The notes beneath the pieces are model-generated. The model saw nothing but the letters and a program-made list of their open reading frames with translations, made no database searches and was not told where the DNA came from. Of a stretch of 64,000 nucleotides of DNA, positions 1 to 8,740 are shown piece after piece. The DNA is from an uncultured virus (IMG/VR IMGVR_UViG_3300042559_001081) (lineage: Duplodnaviria; Heunggongvirae; Uroviricota; Caudoviricetes). Position numbers and translations under genes: made by a program. The DNA lies in the IMG/VR virus record IMGVR_UViG_3300042559_001081, positions 1 to 64,000 of that record. One strand, given 5' to 3'. Every line of letters starts with the position of its first letter. The first letter of the stretch is position 1.

Positions 1-273
1 AAAATTACACATTCGGTTAACATTTTCGATTTAATTTTAGGAACAAAAATTGAATTGGGTGTGTTATCCGGCGGAAAAATAAGTTTATCAGTTCCAAAGG
101 GAACACAACCCGGAACAGTTATGAGTGTTTCGGGATATGGATTGCCGTGCTATAGAACAGGTATAACTGGTAATTTATATGTTACATTGAAAGGTGTTGT
201 TCCAAAAATTGAAGATAAGAAGTTATTAGAAAGGATTCAAGAATTAAATGATGCAATTAATAAAGGCTCCTAA
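1..273 (+). CDS. dnaJ: DnaJ/CbpA-like co-chaperone, C-terminal part (5' truncated by window edge)
   Basis: Frame open from base 1: ...IFDLILGTKIEL...VPKGTQPGTVMSVSGYGLP...GNLYVTL, typical of the DnaJ C-terminal domain. Confidence 0.8.
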   Translation, partial: KITHSVNIFDLILGTKIELGVLSGGKISLSVPKGTQPGTVMSVSGYGLPCYRTGITGNLYVTLKGVVPKIEDKKLLERIQELNDAINKGS

Positions 274-766
274 CTTAATGTTAGAGGCTCCTGTTAAAAA
301 GTTTGATTACGAATTAATGCATCCAGCACCGCTTGCACTCGACATGATAGACATCATGAATAAAGAAAGTGGGCTTGGGTTAAGTGCAAATCAAGTAGGA
401 TTGAACGCACAAATCTTTGTTATGAAAACTATATTAAATAAAACCCACGGCAATCCGTTGGTAGTTATTAACCCTATAATTACAGGTTTGAGCAAAGAGA
501 TAGAAGAAGGTATAGAAGGCTGCTTGAGCCATCCTGATTTATTCTTGAAGGTTAGGAGACCTATATCCTGTACAGTTGAATTTGACACCTTGACAAATGA
601 CCTTAAAAGTGTTATACATGTAGATACAAAGTTCGATGACATAGATGCCCGCATATTCTTACACGAATATGATCATTTGCACGGCATTCAGTTTACTAAC
701 CGAGTCAGTAAATTGAAACTAACAATGGCAGAAAAACGTCGATTAAAAAGGAAAAAGAATGGTTGA
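248..766 (+). CDS. def: Peptide deformylase
   Basis: Motifs GLGLSANQVG, EGCLS, HEYDHLHG. Confidence 0.95.
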   Translation: MMQLIKAPNLMLEAPVKKFDYELMHPAPLALDMIDIMNKESGLGLSANQVGLNAQIFVMKTILNKTHGNPLVVINPIITGLSKEIEEGIEGCLSHPDLFLKVRRPISCTVEFDTLTNDLKSVIHVDTKFDDIDARIFLHEYDHLHGIQFTNRVSKLKLTMAEKRRLKRKKNG

Positions 767-3017
767 GCCAACTAAACACTTACAATTAGTTTTTGATAAA
801 GCTAACAATGATGCAAAAAAGTTGCAACACGAGTATATTACACTTGAGCATCTTTTGTACGCAATGCTATGTGATGAAAATTTTGAAGGCATTATTACTG
901 GGTACGGTGCAGACCCAGTTCTAATGAAGAAAAATTTAGAAAATTATCTTAAAACTAAGTTAGAAGAAATTAAAGTTACTGATACTAAGTATAAGCCTAA
1001 AAAAACTAGTACAGTTGAAAGAGTGCTTAGTCGTGCGTTTGCACAGGTACTTTTCCAAGGAAGAAATCAAATTGACATCTCTGATGTTTTTATAAGCATC
1101 TTGAGTGAAAAAAGATCACATGCATACTTTATCACTCAGCAAGCTGGCATTGACAAAGATAAATTTGTCATGCACATTAACACAGATGTCGAAGAGTACA
1201 GCGAAGCTACTCAAGAAGTATTTGAAAATCAAGGTATTGCAAGTAAAGCACTAAAAACATTTACTACTGATTTGAATGCTAATGTTAAGGCAAATAAGAT
1301 TGATCCGGTGATTGGTCGAGATGAAGAAATTGAACAAGTTGCATTGGCTCTCGGTCGTCGTACAAAATCTAACGTGCTAATGGTCGGCGATCCGGGTGTT
1401 GGTAAAACTGCAATTGCAGAAGGTCTTGCATGGCGTATTGTTAACAAGCAAGTGCCTAAGTTCTTAGAAGACTATACTGTGTACTCGTTGGACATTGGAA
1501 GTATGCTTGCTGGTTCCAAGTATCGCGGAGACTTTGAAGAACGATTTAAACTTGTGTTGCAAGGCTTAACTACAAAAGGCAACACCATTATGTTTATCGA
1601 CGAAGCACACATGATTTCAGGTGCCGGTGCCGGTAGCGGAAACAGTGCAAACGATCTTGCTAATATGCTAAAACCTGCACTGTCAAAAGGAAATATTAAA
1701 GTAGTTGCATCTACTACTTGGGAAGAATATCGCAAGTATTTCGAAAAAGATCGTGCTCTTATGCGTCGTTTCCAACGTGTAAGTGTTGACGAACCTACGT
1801 CCGAGATGGCAATTGATATTCTTAAAGGAGTTAGAAAATACTACGAAGAGTATCACAAGGTCGAAATTACTGACGCAGCAATTGAAGAAGCTGTTAAGTT
1901 ATCAGTAAAATATCAAGCTGACAAAAAGCTTCCTGATAAAGCGATTGATCTTATCGACGTTGCATGTTCTAGATTTAAAGTTCTAGAACAAGAAGATAAT
2001 AAAGTAGTTGACGTCAAGAATATTCAATTTGAATTGGCAAAGTTAATTAAGATTCCTGAAGAACAAGTTGCTGAAAAAGAAACTGAAAATCTTGCTCACC
2101 TCGAGTCTAATCTTAAAGGAAGTGTATACGGACAAGATTCTGCAATCGAAACTATTGTCGACAAGATTTTAGTAGCACAAGCCGGTCTTAAATCAGAAAA
2201 CAAACCTATTGGGTCGTTTGTGTTTATGGGTCCAACTGGTACAGGTAAGACTGAAACAGCCAAACAACTTGCAAAACATCTCGGAGTAAATCTTGTTAGA
2301 TTTGACATGAGTGAATACCAAGAAAAGCATTCGGTTGCAAAGTTTATCGGTGCACCTCCGGGTTATGTAGGGTTTGAAGACAACGCCGGACAACTTATAG
2401 TTAAGCTACAGGAGAATCCAAATTGCGTTCTTTTGCTTGACGAAATTGAAAAAGCACATCCAGAAGTTAGTGCAGTTTTGTTGCAACTAATGGATAACGG
2501 TAAAGTCACTGGCTCAAACGGCAAAGAAGCAGATGCGAGAAATTGCATACTTATCTTAACTACTAACTTAGGTGCTAAAGAAGCAGAGAAGAACAGTATC
2601 GGATTTGGAGACAGCTTAGAAAGAGATTACGAAGACGGTGAATTAAAGAAATACTTTGCACCAGAATTCCGTAATAGACTTGACGCTATTATTACATTTA
2701 GCAAGCTTGGTAAACCGGTAATGCTCAAGATTGTAGGGAAGTTCTTGTCTGAACTTAGAGATCAGGTTGCTGGAAAAGAAATTAAGATTTCAGTTACCGA
2801 CGAAGCTCTTGACTATCTTGTTGACAAAGGTTTTGATACTAAGATGGGAGCTAGACCGTTGCAACGTGTTATTGACAAAGATATTAAACGTCCACTATCG
2901 AGACTTATGTTGTTCGGAGAGTTAAAGAACGGCGGCAAAGTTAACATCAATTTAAAAAATAATGAGATAACCCTTGAAGTATTTGCAAATGAAGAATCAA
3001 AAATTGCACGAAACTAA
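759..3017 (+). CDS. clpA: ATP-dependent Clp protease ATP-binding subunit ClpA
   Basis: Clp N-domain (HEYITLEHLL), two AAA+ modules (GDPGVGKT, GPTGTGKT), GSKYRGDFEER, FDMSEYQEKH, IGF loop; no ClpB middle domain. Confidence 0.93.
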   Translation: MVEPTKHLQLVFDKANNDAKKLQHEYITLEHLLYAMLCDENFEGIITGYGADPVLMKKNLENYLKTKLEEIKVTDTKYKPKKTSTVERVLSRAFAQVLFQGRNQIDISDVFISILSEKRSHAYFITQQAGIDKDKFVMHINTDVEEYSEATQEVFENQGIASKALKTFTTDLNANVKANKIDPVIGRDEEIEQVALALGRRTKSNVLMVGDPGVGKTAIAEGLAWRIVNKQVPKFLEDYTVYSLDIGSMLAGSKYRGDFEERFKLVLQGLTTKGNTIMFIDEAHMISGAGAGSGNSANDLANMLKPALSKGNIKVVASTTWEEYRKYFEKDRALMRRFQRVSVDEPTSEMAIDILKGVRKYYEEYHKVEITDAAIEEAVKLSVKYQADKKLPDKAIDLIDVACSRFKVLEQEDNKVVDVKNIQFELAKLIKIPEEQVAEKETENLAHLESNLKGSVYGQDSAIETIVDKILVAQAGLKSENKPIGSFVFMGPTGTGKTETAKQLAKHLGVNLVRFDMSEYQEKHSVAKFIGAPPGYVGFEDNAGQLIVKLQENPNCVLLLDEIEKAHPEVSAVLLQLMDNGKVTGSNGKEADARNCILILTTNLGAKEAEKNSIGFGDSLERDYEDGELKKYFAPEFRNRLDAIITFSKLGKPVMLKIVGKFLSELRDQVAGKEIKISVTDEALDYLVDKGFDTKMGARPLQRVIDKDIKRPLSRLMLFGELKNGGKVNINLKNNEITLEVFANEESKIARN

Positions 3018-3684
3018 AAAACTGCATTACGGAAAATATTTGTACAAGATTAGTATCGAAAATCCTCTGACATATATTTTCCGTACACAGAATCAACGTA
3101 GTGGTAAACTCGGCTATGCTAGAACTAAACTAGAAGAGTTTGTCACTAACAAAAAGCCGAAGTCTTTTGTATTAAATACACGATACAGAAAAACAGTAGT
3201 CGAGCCCGAACACATCAAAGATGCACAATCGATTTATAATATACTCAGAATCGAGGAAGATTATATAATAAGATGTGAGCACAAGAAGTTACTCATTTAT
3301 AGCAATTCTGTAGACTTAATCGACAAAATTTCTAATAAAGTAGTAGGTGAAGTCGAAACCTGGAAGCCAGATGATAAAGCATTATCTACTTTAACAGAAC
3401 AAAAAAACGTTATTATAAGTAACAAACCTACCGACTATCCTTACAAAGTTACGTTTGGTAACAAACCTGCAAAGCCTGAATTAGCTGCGTGGATTGCAAA
3501 AAATACCGATAAAGTATTAGCCGGACCTATCTTGATGAAAAATCTCCAATACGGCCTTCGGTGGATACAAGGACAGTACATATTTGCTAGAGACGAAAAC
3601 ATTATTATGTTATTACAAATGATTGTTGGTGATAACATAGCAAGAATTGATAAAATAATCTATAAGGCTAATATAGATAAATAG
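2989..3684 (+). CDS. Hypothetical phage protein
   Basis: Long ORF in the operon; start placed at MKNQKL, overlapping the clpA end. Confidence 0.7.
   Translation: MKNQKLHETKKLHYGKYLYKISIENPLTYIFRTQNQRSGKLGYARTKLEEFVTNKKPKSFVLNTRYRKTVVEPEHIKDAQSIYNILRIEEDYIIRCEHKKLLIYSNSVDLIDKISNKVVGEVETWKPDDKALSTLTEQKNVIISNKPTDYPYKVTFGNKPAKPELAAWIAKNTDKVLAGPILMKNLQYGLRWIQGQYIFARDENIIMLLQMIVGDNIARIDKIIYKANIDK
3676..3683 (+). promoter_or_regulatory. T4-late-like promoter GATAAATA, 5 nt before ATG (leaderless)
   Basis: Resembles T4 late TATAAATA; no SD between motif and ATG 3689. Confidence 0.6.
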
Positions 3685-3688
3685 TTAT

Positions 3689-4054
3689 ATGTCAGTAACT
3701 AGCGAAATTATTTTATCAGTGCAAACTCATCCTGTCGGTAACAGTGAAGAATCTGTTACCGGCAATTCCTTTAAAGGCGACGGATATTACAATAGATCCG
3801 ACGGATTTCATACTGTGCAGTACAGTGTTATTGGATTTGTTGGTACTATCAAGATGCAAGCCACACTGTCTACTAGTCCAGCCGAAGGCGATTGGTTCAC
3901 AGTATCTGATTCAGTTCATACAAGTGCTAACACTAATGCAACTGAAAGTAATGGTTCATTTATTAAAAATTTTACAGGTAACTATGTGTGGGTTAGAGCA
4001 GTCATATCCGGTTGGACTGCTGGCACTGTTTCGTCGATATTGTTAAATCACTAA
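3689..4054 (+). CDS. Hypothetical beta-rich protein, possibly structural
   Basis: G/S/T-rich ORF downstream of late-type promoter. Confidence 0.65.
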   Translation: MSVTSEIILSVQTHPVGNSEESVTGNSFKGDGYYNRSDGFHTVQYSVIGFVGTIKMQATLSTSPAEGDWFTVSDSVHTSANTNATESNGSFIKNFTGNYVWVRAVISGWTAGTVSSILLNH

Positions 4055-4063
4055 GGAAGTATT

Positions 4064-4660
4064 ATGAAAAATTTTATAAGTATAATTTGGGAAGAAGGCA
4101 ACGTAAATAAAGACAAGCTAGTCGAATCTGTAATTAATACTAACAATCTTCCACTAAATGAGAGTAATGTAAAATACATATCCGGCAAAACCGAACAGGG
4201 TGCTAACTTATTACGTATAGCTATTACTAAAAATTTATCAGAAAGCGAATGCGATATACTTGCAGATAAAATTGCAGATAAAGTATTTGAAATGGGCCTA
4301 GATGACTTCGATCTCGAATTTACTACTGAAGATGAAGTAGTGGATGAAGAAACCTACGATGGCGATGAATTCTACGAAGCATACGGAGTTATGTGGTTCA
4401 ACGAAGACGAAATATTAGACGAAGCAGAATATCAAGGACGCAAAGTACCGCTAGGAAAACCTATGCGTGGTGACGTTAAAAAATTTAAAGTGTATGTAAG
4501 AAACCCAAGTGGCAACGTAGTTAAAGTAAACTTCGGCGATCCTAACATGAAAATTAAAAAGTCTAACCCAGCAAGACGCAGAAGTTTCCGTGCAAGACAC
4601 AATTGTGATAATCCTGGACCTAGAACTAAGGCAAGATATTGGAGTTGCAGGGCTTGGTGA
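4064..4660 (+). CDS. Modular protein: acidic N-terminal region plus basic Cys/His C-terminal domain
   Basis: SD AAGGA; acidic linker ending EILDE then AEYQGRKV...FRARHNC...YWSCRAW. Confidence 0.75.
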   Translation: MKNFISIIWEEGNVNKDKLVESVINTNNLPLNESNVKYISGKTEQGANLLRIAITKNLSESECDILADKIADKVFEMGLDDFDLEFTTEDEVVDEETYDGDEFYEAYGVMWFNEDEILDEAEYQGRKVPLGKPMRGDVKKFKVYVRNPSGNVVKVNFGDPNMKIKKSNPARRRSFRARHNCDNPGPRTKARYWSCRAW

Positions 4661-4742
4661 TGCATTACAATACTTTACATTGGAAAAAAAGCATGGGTAA
4701 GCACATTAGTAGAGGAAAACATAAAAACTTCCTAGTCGAACA

Positions 4743-4750
4743 ACTAAGTA
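4743..4750 (+). promoter_or_regulatory. Late-type promoter variant ACTAAGTA
   Basis: Intergenic, upstream of SD AAGGA and ATG 4770. Confidence 0.45.
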
Positions 4751-4769
4751 CATATAAGGATTTGACATA

Positions 4770-5126
4770 ATGGTAAAAATAGTCGAATTTACCGATCTTG
4801 CATTAAATGCACACACCAATGAACCTAATGGAGCACTTCCTTGGGATGTAGTAGAAGATTTGGTTGTGTATATGCGTAACGAGCCAAACTTTTACAGACA
4901 AAAGTTATACCCTACAATGTTAGAAGTTCAAAAAACTGTTAAAAAAGGCGGCAAGTTTAATAAAAGAAAAATGATACCTCTTGTAGACGAAGCTGTTTTG
5001 TCGTATATTAAAAAGTATAACATCAAAAAAACACCAGAAGAATTGCTATCAGATTCTGAAAAAATGGATTGCATTTCTAAAATTTTAGAAGACGAAGTAG
5101 AAAACTTTAAAAAAGGATCTTATTAA
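4770..5126 (+). CDS. Hypothetical protein (MVKIVEF N-terminus)
   Basis: SD AAGGA; TAATG-coupled to next gene. Confidence 0.7.
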   Translation: MVKIVEFTDLALNAHTNEPNGALPWDVVEDLVVYMRNEPNFYRQKLYPTMLEVQKTVKKGGKFNKRKMIPLVDEAVLSYIKKYNIKKTPEELLSDSEKMDCISKILEDEVENFKKGSY

Positions 5127-6643
5127 TGCAACTAAGAGAACTGTTTAATCAAAATAAGACAACAGCAGTTCTTGCATTTGGAAGAATGAATCCAATTACT
5201 ATTGGACATCGCAAATTAGCTGAAACAATAAAAAGTATACCCGGCGACGGTTATATTTTTCTTTCTCATAAACAAAATTCTAAAACCGATCCTTTAAGTT
5301 TTGAAACAAAACTTAAGTTTGCAAAAGAATACTTTCCAGGGATAACTGTTGGTGATTCGTCGGTAAGAACTATTATCGAAGCTATTAAAAAAGTAAATTC
5401 ACTAGGTTACACAAAACTGGTTTATGTAGCAGGTTCGGACAGAGTTAACGAATTTACACAACTACTAAATGCATATAACAATAAAGAATACTTCTTCGAG
5501 AGTATTGAAATAGTTAATGCAGGAGCACGAGATCCTGACGCCGAAGGTGTCGAAGGCATTAGTGCAAGCAAACTTAGAGAAGCTGCTATAAAAAATGATG
5601 TTAAAACATTTCTAGCAGGAACTCCTAACAACAAGTTTTCTTTAGAAATGTTTGAAGCTGTTCGTAAAAATATGACCGATGTTACGTCCGAGCCCAAGCA
5701 TAGCAATGTAAAAAAAAATGATTTAATACCAGCATTGGAAAAATTTCTTCCAATTGCTATGGAAGTATTAAACATTGAAAAACTTCCAAAAATTAAACTA
5801 GAAAAACATATAGAAACAAAAGATCAGCCATCATTTGGCAGATTTGTAAATGACAAAGTTGTTATCCACCTAGGAATTCAAAATCGTCATCCTATAGATA
5901 TTCTAAGAACATTGGCTCATGAACTTGTACATTTTAAACAATTACTAGATGGAAAACTAGACAAAAATAGTGGCATGACAGGAAGCCCTGAAGAAAACGA
6001 AGCACACATTAAAGCAGGCATCGTTATGCGTCTGTTTGACAAAAAATATCCAGAATATTTTAAAGAACCAGCAGTTAATTTTTCAGAATCAAAAGTAATG
6101 TATGTCGAACCGCAGTTCGACGTAGAATGGGATGAGGCAAAAAGATATCCCGAATTTGCTAAGTTAGGATTCGAAGGATGGCTCAACCTTGTTAAAAAAG
6201 GCAAAGCTGTAACTATTAAATCGGCAAAGGGTATAAACAACACCGATGCTAATGAGCCTGATAGTTTTAAATCTTTAGATCAAAACAAACAAAAACGAGC
6301 AATGTCGCAAATACAAAGCGGCAAAGTAGAAATGCCAATAATAGCAGTTTACCCAGATGGTTGGAAAGAGCTTATTGGCGGAAATACTCGTTTAACAGGG
6401 ATGTTAGCAACACAAAGCAAAGCAACTGTTTGGGTCTTTAAAGTTCCTAATGAAATTCTAGATGAAAACTTTGCAGATGGTAAAGTAAAAGGTAAAAGCA
6501 GACCAGGACGTGTAAAACGTGCAGGTGCTAGTTGCAACGGTAGTGTTACAGCACTACGTAAAAGAGCAAAAAACAGTTCAGGTGAAAAAGCGAGGATGTA
6601 TCATTGGTGTGCAAACATGAAGAGTGGACGCAAGAAGAACTAG
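5126..6643 (+). CDS. Multidomain protein: HIGH-type nucleotidyltransferase-like, HExxH zincin-like, ParB-like, basic C-terminal module
   Basis: FGRMNPITIGH and ISASKLR; RTLAHELVH; MPIIAV...LIGGNTRL; NFADGKVKGKSRPG...HWCANMKSG. Confidence 0.75.
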   Translation: MQLRELFNQNKTTAVLAFGRMNPITIGHRKLAETIKSIPGDGYIFLSHKQNSKTDPLSFETKLKFAKEYFPGITVGDSSVRTIIEAIKKVNSLGYTKLVYVAGSDRVNEFTQLLNAYNNKEYFFESIEIVNAGARDPDAEGVEGISASKLREAAIKNDVKTFLAGTPNNKFSLEMFEAVRKNMTDVTSEPKHSNVKKNDLIPALEKFLPIAMEVLNIEKLPKIKLEKHIETKDQPSFGRFVNDKVVIHLGIQNRHPIDILRTLAHELVHFKQLLDGKLDKNSGMTGSPEENEAHIKAGIVMRLFDKKYPEYFKEPAVNFSESKVMYVEPQFDVEWDEAKRYPEFAKLGFEGWLNLVKKGKAVTIKSAKGINNTDANEPDSFKSLDQNKQKRAMSQIQSGKVEMPIIAVYPDGWKELIGGNTRLTGMLATQSKATVWVFKVPNEILDENFADGKVKGKSRPGRVKRAGASCNGSVTALRKRAKNSSGEKARMYHWCANMKSGRKKN

Positions 6644-6762
6644 AGCATTATGTTCGTGTTTTAAAAGAACACGAACTACGTAGGGCAAGTACCGACGAGA
6701 GGAACAAGTATTGGTATGAATATAGAAGATCTAAAGAGATTAGCAGGAATAACAGAATTTAA
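6604..6762 (+). CDS. Possible small overlapping ORF (about 52 aa, ...WTQEELEHYVRVLKEHELRRAS...)
   Basis: Below ORF-track cutoff; bridges the 6643-6716 gap; AGGA upstream of TTG/GTG. Confidence 0.3.
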   Translation: MVCKHEEWTQEELEHYVRVLKEHELRRASTDERNKYWYEYRRSKEISRNNRI

Positions 6763-6943
6763 AGGTTATACACCTTACGAAGGTTCTAACATTTCTGTAA
6801 CCGGGACTGAAAAGCGTCGTATAGAACGAGAAAAAAACATTAAACCTGGAGACAAAGAATGGTTTGAATTGTGGTTTAATCTTCCATACATGACAGGTTC
6901 GCTAAATACAAAGCCGGGCTTTAGAGGACGAAAGAAAAAATGA
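6716..6943 (+). CDS. Small protein, probable internal head protein
   Basis: MNIEDLKRLAGITE N-terminus; basic C-terminus. Confidence 0.7.
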   Translation: MNIEDLKRLAGITEFKGYTPYEGSNISVTGTEKRRIEREKNIKPGDKEWFELWFNLPYMTGSLNTKPGFRGRKKK

Positions 6944-7335
6944 GATTCAAAGATATTATTTCCGAAGCATCCAAGCCAAAAGATTATGGAATTCCAGCTG
7001 CTATAGATCCTGATGTTGAACGATCAATTCCGGGAACTTTTGTTATACCCGAATTAAGAAACACAGATCCCTACATGCAATATCGTATGGGATTAGCACT
7101 TGCAGTTGCACAAGCAACTAAAAGCAGAGAAGTTAAGTTTGATCAAGAAACAGCTTGGGCTGAAAATTTTATTACTACTGCATATGCCGAAGAAGAACAA
7201 GAAACTATTAAACTAGCAGCAAAGTTAATGGGAGTTAGTACAAGGCAAGTTACCAGTACTAAAAGTCAAGAGATCGACAGCGTTAACAAAACAAGTCCAG
7301 TTGCTAAACCAAAACGCAACAAATACGGAGTTTAA
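6940..7335 (+). CDS. Small protein, paralog A (ends NKTSPVAKPKRNKYGV)
   Basis: MRFKDIISEA start; YMQYRMGLALA shared with the next gene. Confidence 0.8.
   Translation: MRFKDIISEASKPKDYGIPAAIDPDVERSIPGTFVIPELRNTDPYMQYRMGLALAVAQATKSREVKFDQETAWAENFITTAYAEEEQETIKLAAKLMGVSTRQVTSTKSQEIDSVNKTSPVAKPKRNKYGV
7285..7322 (+). repeat. 38-bp direct repeat, copy 1
   Basis: aacaaaacaagtccagttgctaaaccaaaacgcaacaa identical to 7673-7710. Confidence 0.95.
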
Positions 7336-7336
7336 C

Positions 7337-7723
7337 ATGAAAGTAAGAGAAATTGTAAGCGAAGCTGCTGGAAGCAAATTATCAAAAAGAGAACAAGAAG
7401 CAACTGTAGGATTGCATACATACGACGATGGCCCAAATCTTGGAGCATTCGGCAGTGACTACGGACAATACAGATTAATGATGGCTCTTGCTTGTTCCGA
7501 CGGAAAGACTCCGCCTGATATAGATGCATTAAGCTGGATCGGGAAGAAGAAAACTGCACACCCTTATACCGATGTTGAAGCAGAAATGCTTAAGCAAGGT
7601 TATAAAGTAATCGGTCTAAAATACGACGACTTAAATAAAGGTGATACAAAAAGCAAAGAGCTTGATAGCACAAACAAAACAAGTCCAGTTGCTAAACCAA
7701 AACGCAACAAGTATGGTGTATAA
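7337..7723 (+). CDS. Small protein, paralog B (ends NKTSPVAKPKRNKYGV)
   Basis: SD GGAG before ATG 7337 (MKVREIVSEA); YGQYRLMMALA. Confidence 0.8.
   Translation: MKVREIVSEAAGSKLSKREQEATVGLHTYDDGPNLGAFGSDYGQYRLMMALACSDGKTPPDIDALSWIGKKKTAHPYTDVEAEMLKQGYKVIGLKYDDLNKGDTKSKELDSTNKTSPVAKPKRNKYGV
7673..7710 (+). repeat. 38-bp direct repeat, copy 2
   Basis: Identical to 7285-7322. Confidence 0.95.
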
Positions 7724-8175
7724 TGAAAATTGAAGACCTATTCGAAGAAAAAGGAACAAAAGCTGAAGCAGGTTATCAGCCCGATCCTAAGAATGGTCAA
7801 AAATGTATTAATTGTACAATGTGGAGAGATCCAAACAAGTGTACAGCAGTTGCAGGTAATATTAGTCCAAACGGTTGGTGCAAATGGTATGCCGGCGGTG
7901 CTTACGGTAAGCGTGGCAAAAAAATCGACGAAGACGGACGTATTGTGAAAGGTGTTAACACTACTATTGACGTAGGTCCGGACGAAATTAAAAAGCAAAG
8001 TGCAAAGTTTGGAAACTCAGTAACAAAAGATGGATTACCTCCATTTTTAAGAACAAACGGTAAGGTAAACGAAGAAGCCAAGTATACTTTGCGTGAATGG
8101 GCAGCAATTCAAGGTGGACATACTTTAGAAGATGAACCAATAAAACCTAAGTTATTTGATTGGAATAAATATTAA
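7723..8175 (+). CDS. Modular protein with HiPIP-like [4Fe-4S] domain
   Basis: YQPDPKNGQKCINCTMW...C.AVAGNISPNGWCKWY matches the HiPIP four-Cys pattern. Confidence 0.75.
   Translation: MKIEDLFEEKGTKAEAGYQPDPKNGQKCINCTMWRDPNKCTAVAGNISPNGWCKWYAGGAYGKRGKKIDEDGRIVKGVNTTIDVGPDEIKKQSAKFGNSVTKDGLPPFLRTNGKVNEEAKYTLREWAAIQGGHTLEDEPIKPKLFDWNKY
8164..8171 (+). promoter_or_regulatory. Late-type promoter AATAAATA, 5 nt before ATG 8177 (leaderless)
   Basis: Same motif-to-ATG spacing as 3676, 43724 and 61805. Confidence 0.55.
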
Positions 8176-8176
8176 T

Positions 8177-8368
8177 ATGCTAATTCGCGAGTTACAAGAT
8201 ACAAAAGTTTTTTCAATATTTGTTGCAACTGTACAAGTTAAACAAAACTTTTATAGTCAATGGATCCCTGTGCAGGTGTCGGCCCGTAACATGCAAGAAG
8301 CAAAACAGCAGATTCTAGCCCAATATGGAAAAGATTCAAAAATTAGCGGATTAAAAAAAGCAAAATGA
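8177..8368 (+). CDS. Small protein (MLIRELQD...)
   Basis: Start re-assigned to ATG 8177; ATGA overlap with next ORF. Confidence 0.7.
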   Translation: MLIRELQDTKVFSIFVATVQVKQNFYSQWIPVQVSARNMQEAKQQILAQYGKDSKISGLKKAK

Positions 8369-8538
8369 AAATTGTAGAGATAACTGAAAAAGCTTTATTA
8401 AAAACTCCATTGGGTAGAGAAAAAATAAAAGCAGACCAAGCTAGAGGAAATGATCCTTGGCCTAAAAAAAGTAAGCCTACACTTGGCCCTACACAAAAAC
8501 ATCCACTGCGTGGAAAATTAGTTGGAGGCGGCTTATAA
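8365..8538 (+). CDS. 57-aa basic protein MKIVEITEK...HPLRGKLVGGGL (not in ORF track)
   Basis: Manually translated; ATGA and TAATG coupling on both sides; shares the N-terminal motif. Confidence 0.75.
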   Translation: MKIVEITEKALLKTPLGREKIKADQARGNDPWPKKSKPTLGPTQKHPLRGKLVGGGL

Positions 8539-8714
8539 TGAAAATACTTGAAATAATTGAGTCTGCATCAGCAGGAGCCACTGGTGCAAGTGGAATAGCA
8601 ACTGTTGTTAATCCATCTAAAAAATCTAAAAAGTCTAAAACATGGAAACCTACTGATAATGCATTAGACATGAAAAATACAAGTTTGTTTGGCACAACTC
8701 TAATAAAACGATAA
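8538..8714 (+). CDS. 58-aa protein MKILEIIESASAGATGASGIA...FGTTLIKR (not in ORF track)
   Basis: Manually translated; TAATG coupling; shares the N-terminal motif. Confidence 0.75.
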   Translation: MKILEIIESASAGATGASGIATVVNPSKKSKKSKTWKPTDNALDMKNTSLFGTTLIKR

Positions 8715-8726
8715 ATATAATAAATA
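8710..8726 (+). promoter_or_regulatory. Tandem late-type motifs GATAAATA / AATAAATA
   Basis: Upstream of SD GGAG and ATG 8741. Confidence 0.5.
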
Positions 8727-8740
8727 TTCCGGAGATTACA

